Origin: an uncultured virus (IMG/VR IMGVR_UViG_3300030389_004188) | Taxonomy: Duplodnaviria; Heunggongvirae; Uroviricota; Caudoviricetes | DNA length: 20,000 nucleotides | Strand: one strand, 5' to 3' | Virus record (IMG/VR): IMGVR_UViG_3300030389_004188 | Part shown: piece after piece, positions 16,986 through 20,000 of the stretch | How positions within the stretch are numbered: position 1 is the first letter of the stretch | How the letters are laid out: each line of letters starts with the position of its first letter | Program-made: the position numbers and the translations under genes | Notes under the pieces: generated by a model | Databases searched by the model: none | Seen by the model: the letters and a program-made list of their open reading frames with translations, nothing else | What the model was told of the DNA's origin: nothing

Positions 16986-17273
16986 ATGTCCACACCAACA
17001 AATACAGGCGGAATCGTAGGAAGAGGTAGAAGAACTTTTGGAGACCCAGCAGGTGAATTCAATCAAACCGTAACAGTAGAAGGAAACTATGAGGCCACAG
17101 GTTCTAACGACTTAGGTTGGAGTGCATTGGTGGTCAAGACTGCAGGTAATGCAGTATTACATACACATAATGGTAGTATCGCAGCTTCAGACCTATCTGC
17201 TGGAGTTATCTATCCAATAGGAATAAAAAGAGTTGCAACAACCAATGGTAAGATTATATTACTGAAAAAGTAG
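16986..17273 (+). CDS. Small Gly/Thr-rich putative virion protein (head-spike base/decoration-like)
   Basis: C-terminal LSAGVIYPIGIKRVATT resembles the G.I.P.RV.RV.AT motif recalled for the RcGTA Rcc01079 spike-base family. Follows the late-type motif. Confidence 0.45.
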   Translation: MSTPTNTGGIVGRGRRTFGDPAGEFNQTVTVEGNYEATGSNDLGWSALVVKTAGNAVLHTHNGSIAASDLSAGVIYPIGIKRVATTNGKIILLKK

Positions 17274-17283
17274 GTGAACTAAA

Positions 17284-18225
17284 ATGGTAAAACTAAAAAA
17301 TTTAATCAACGAAGAAGAAACATTCAAACTCAAGAAAAAAGACGGTGGGAATATTGTTGTATTCAAGAATAAAGACAATTATGAAAAGGCCCTAAAGTCT
17401 GGTGAGTATATAGACCCAATAAACAAAGGTGATGATTCACTTGGTGGTAAAGATGATGAGAAAGGTTCTACTGCAACAGCTTCAGACTTCGACATTGATA
17501 AAAGATTAGGAAAAGATAAAGAGGATTCGGATGATAGTGATCCTTCATATGGTAAATGGGATGATATGGAAGACAGAATGTTTTCTCCAGATGATTTTGA
17601 TACTTGGTTGGAAGATAGTGATATAAAATTGAGTAAAGACGATGACCAAAAAATTATGGACTTGATGTCTAATTGGTATGACTTGGATGGTGACTTACAA
17701 CAAGCAGAAATGGAATTTGAAATGGGTGATGACGAAGATGGAGATGCAGAATATCAAATGGATATGATAAAGGATGAGTTAGATATTACCAAGGCAGATA
17801 TTAGAAGAATAATGATGAAGTATAAGGACGATGCAGAAAAAGAGAAGGACTCAGATGATGGTATGTCTATGAGTTCAGAAGAAGGTATCAAGAATGACTT
17901 AGACCAACTCAGAGATAAAATCAAGGTACGAGGAGATAAACAAATTCGTAATGGTGAGGTCTTTAGACAACTGGCACAAGATGTTGAGGACGAATATGGA
18001 GAAGAGGCTGGTATAAAGAGTGTTGAGGATTTACGATATATATCTTACGATATAGCCAGTCAAGGTATAGAAAACACGGAAGAGATGTTGAAAAAAGTAC
18101 TTGATAATTTGGAATTAGAGTTACAAAGATACAATTCTGATATATTCCAATCGGTACCAGGTCGTGACCCAAAAGAAAGTTATCGGACAATAAAAGAACA
18201 ATTCAATCGAATAAAGAGGAAATAA
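17284..18225 (+). CDS. Highly acidic hypothetical protein, possible internal head protein
   Basis: D/E-rich 313 aa. N-terminal MVKLKNLINE and basic C-terminal IKEQFNRIKRK. AGGTG SD. Confidence 0.6.
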   Translation: MVKLKNLINEEETFKLKKKDGGNIVVFKNKDNYEKALKSGEYIDPINKGDDSLGGKDDEKGSTATASDFDIDKRLGKDKEDSDDSDPSYGKWDDMEDRMFSPDDFDTWLEDSDIKLSKDDDQKIMDLMSNWYDLDGDLQQAEMEFEMGDDEDGDAEYQMDMIKDELDITKADIRRIMMKYKDDAEKEKDSDDGMSMSSEEGIKNDLDQLRDKIKVRGDKQIRNGEVFRQLAQDVEDEYGEEAGIKSVEDLRYISYDIASQGIENTEEMLKKVLDNLELELQRYNSDIFQSVPGRDPKESYRTIKEQFNRIKRK

Positions 18226-18226
18226 A

Positions 18227-18457
18227 ATGGCACTAATAGATTCAATCAAAGGAAGAGAAGTACCTAAACCCAATAAAGGACCACAAGGTAATATTCCACT
18301 AAATTCACCAAATGGTGCAGGAATCAACCAAGTTCCACTTTCATCAAGAATCATAGGTGGGGCAAAAGATGTCGTTCCAATGGGTAGTCCAATAGGAAGA
18401 CATAAAGAATCTCCTGTTTCTATTGTAAAGAAATCACCATTGGCAGGAGTGAAATAA
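18227..18457 (+). CDS. Pro/Gly-rich hypothetical protein (76 aa)
   Basis: GAGGA SD; 1-bp gaps to both neighbours. Confidence 0.7.
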   Translation: MALIDSIKGREVPKPNKGPQGNIPLNSPNGAGINQVPLSSRIIGGAKDVVPMGSPIGRHKESPVSIVKKSPLAGVK

Positions 18458-18458
18458 A

Positions 18459-18740
18459 ATGAATCAAGCTGATAGAAAAGAGTTTGACCTTATTCACGAA
18501 AAGATAGACACCATAAAAAAGAGTATAGATGATATGAAACACGATATGTCTATGGCTCACGGAAAGACAGACGCAGGTCTATCATTCCTAAAAGAAAACC
18601 TATTCAATCCACACGAAGGATTATGGGCAGAAACCAAACAGAATACCCAATTCAGACAGAACTCTCAGAAGTGGAGAGGTGTTATAGGAGTTGGTTTCGT
18701 AGGTCTTGTAATAGACAAAGTTTGGAAGTTATTTCAGTAG
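18459..18740 (+). CDS. Coiled-coil protein with C-terminal membrane anchor (XhlA/holin-like architecture)
   Basis: Heptad-like IHEKIDTIKKSIDDMKHDM and C-terminal hydrophobic GVIGVGFVGLVI. AGGAG SD. Confidence 0.55.
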   Translation: MNQADRKEFDLIHEKIDTIKKSIDDMKHDMSMAHGKTDAGLSFLKENLFNPHEGLWAETKQNTQFRQNSQKWRGVIGVGFVGLVIDKVWKLFQ

Positions 18741-18768
18741 AAAAAATCTATTCTACAATCACAACAAC

Positions 18769-18777
18769 ATATTTATA
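18769..18777 (+). promoter_or_regulatory. Putative phage late promoter ATATTTATA
   Basis: Intergenic copy of the recurring motif, directly 5' of the structured leader. Confidence 0.55.
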
Positions 18778-18786
18778 ATCGAAGAT

Positions 18787-18834
18787 TAAATACGCCTATC
18801 GAGGTGGTTATCGGAACGAGTAAATACGCCTATC
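18787..18834 (+). repeat. Perfect 14-bp direct repeat TAAATACGCCTATC, two copies
   Basis: Copies at 18787-18800 and 18821-18834 (34-bp period). Confidence 0.95.
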
Positions 18835-18893
18835 ACCACATCTCACGATAGGACGAAATCAAAGATTTCTCCAAAAGACGAAAGGAGTTCCAT

Positions 18894-19577
18894 ATGGATT
18901 CAAATGATAATAGGAATTGGGCGGGTGGTCGATTCCGTGATAACAATGATAAGTTTGACCCGAATAAATTTTATATGATGAGAGGACACACCTTGAGAAC
19001 CGTGTTGAATTGCATCGAGGAGTTGAAGCGTGGAGTAGATAGAAAGGTTACGGGTAAGGATGATGGCAAGGATGATGTGATAAATCGTGATAGAAGTAGG
19101 TGGACGGAAAAGGATTATGAGAGTGTGAATTATTTCTTCAACTCCTTGATAGTCGAGATAATAGACTTGATGGAAAACCCAATCAACTCCTATAGTGAGG
19201 ATGAATTGCGTTGGATATATTCAAGGAAAAGAAGGGCTCAAAATCTATTCAAGGATGAAATGGATGATGCATTGAATAAGAAGAAATCCTTAGATGATAT
19301 ACGAGAGAAAATCCTCGGAATATCACCAAAGGAGGGCAATCAAATACTATCGGACTTCGAGAAACTTCAAGAGTGGTTGAATCAATTAGGACGAGAAATC
19401 ATCCAAGACAATAAGGCCAAGGAAGAGGCTCGTAAGAATAAAAACAATTCAAAAAATAAAAATACCAAGAAAGAAAAACTCAAACCCAAACCCATCGAGG
19501 AAGATGAGTTTATTGACTTTTTATTGGATATGGGTGTGGTGCCGAGTCGTGATGAGGGCGGTACGGATGATGAATAG
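18894..19577 (+). CDS. Hypothetical charged helical protein (227 aa)
   Basis: AAGGAG SD at 18882-18887; Lys/Asn-rich linker and acidic C-terminus. Confidence 0.75.
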   Translation: MDSNDNRNWAGGRFRDNNDKFDPNKFYMMRGHTLRTVLNCIEELKRGVDRKVTGKDDGKDDVINRDRSRWTEKDYESVNYFFNSLIVEIIDLMENPINSYSEDELRWIYSRKRRAQNLFKDEMDDALNKKKSLDDIREKILGISPKEGNQILSDFEKLQEWLNQLGREIIQDNKAKEEARKNKNNSKNKNTKKEKLKPKPIEEDEFIDFLLDMGVVPSRDEGGTDDE

Positions 19578-19598
19578 ATTGAGGAATATTTCTATCGG

Positions 19599-19607
19599 TA
19601 TATTTAT
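19599..19607 (+). promoter_or_regulatory. Putative phage late promoter TATATTTAT
   Basis: Intergenic copy 5 nt before ATG 19613. Confidence 0.5.
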
Positions 19608-19612
19608 TGTAT

Positions 19613-19696
19613 ATGAACGAGTGGGAAGCCTTGTTTATAATTTTTTGTGTCGTGGTCGTGATAAAGTGTTTTCACTATATACGAACACACAAGTAA
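19613..19696 (+). CDS. 27-aa single-pass membrane peptide (not in the ORF track)
   Basis: MNEWEALFIIFCVVVVIKCFHYIRTHK*: hydrophobic core with basic C-tail, directly after the TATTTAT motif. Confidence 0.5.
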   Translation: MNEWEALFIIFCVVVVIKCFHYIRTHK

Positions 19697-19737
19697 AGAA
19701 TAAACGATTTAGGCCACACGATATTGAGGATTCAATA

Positions 19738-20000
19738 ATGGATGATGAGGAATTGAATGAGATTCCTGCCAGTTCCTTTCATCACCAAGTCACAAAATAT
19801 GAGGAAGATTTTATGGAAGAAAATTACCAAGAGGAGATTGTGTATAATAAGGACTACAATCAGGTGATGATAAAGAGTTATGGGAATAAGATTTATATCA
19901 TATGTAAGGAATCAAAGGAACAACAAGTTATAAAGCGTATGAGTACTCCTACTTGTATATTATCAGAATATAAGGAATGGTCAAGTGAGAGAGGAATGGA
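19738..20000 (+). CDS. Hypothetical protein, 3'-truncated by the window edge (not in the ORF track)
   Basis: GAGGA SD at 19726-19730. MDDEELNEIPASSFHHQVTKYEEDF... stays open to the end of the window. Confidence 0.7.
   Translation, partial: MDDEELNEIPASSFHHQVTKYEEDFMEENYQEEIVYNKDYNQVMIKSYGNKIYIICKESKEQQVIKRMSTPTCILSEYKEWSSERGM

Noticed and set aside
1809..18354. All minus-strand ORFs in the track (60-122 aa) and the alternate-frame + ORF at 8188-8373
   Set aside because: They lie within longer motif-bearing + strand genes, lack recognisable motifs and look like shadow ORFs.
18737..18756. Intrinsic terminator GTAGAA...TTCTAC
   Set aside because: Weak 6-bp AT-rich stem with no downstream U-tract.
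18787..18834. Mini-CRISPR array
   Set aside because: Only two 14-bp repeats with a 20-bp spacer, too short for CRISPR, and no cas genes.
18845..18885. Hammerhead ribozyme suggested by GGACGAAA
   Set aside because: No CTGANGA core was found upstream in the gap.
15073..19577. TAG stop recoding (code 15): 7 of the 10 track genes here end in TAG, and read-through would fuse 15828-16430 and 18459-19577 in frame
   Set aside because: No recognisable gene is fragmented under code 11. Several TAGs double as the next SD (TAGGAG, TAGGTG), most other read-throughs hit TAA/TGA quickly, and the gene at 18894 has its own strong SD.

Overview
AT-rich, gene-dense window with every credible gene on the + strand, and no housekeeping genes, rRNA, tRNA or CRISPR array. 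It reads as part of a large tailed-phage genome; this is inferred from short unknown ORFs, a repeated late-promoter-like TATTTAT motif and virion-like proteins, and no capsid or terminase gene is in view. Positions 1-15034 form one almost gap-free, translationally coupled run of 20 genes for nucleotide-sugar synthesis and glycan assembly: an FdtA/QdtA-like cupin, a StrG-like Fe(II) dioxygenase, two SDR epimerases, an RmlD-like reductase, a DegT aminotransferase, an RfbH/E1 3-dehydrase, a sulfotransferase and about eight GT-A/GT-B glycosyltransferase-like proteins. Embedded in this run are a stand-alone MBD4-like DNA glycosylase and an Mpo1/DUF962 protein. Positions 15031-16941 form a sigma70-type unit that includes a lipoprotein and an HTH plus degenerate HNH protein. 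Positions 16944-20000 hold probable late/virion genes preceded by ATATTTAT motifs, plus a 153-nt structured intergenic leader with a 14-bp direct repeat. TTAA, GATC and CATG appear strongly avoided. All family calls come from motifs recognised by eye, not from database searches.
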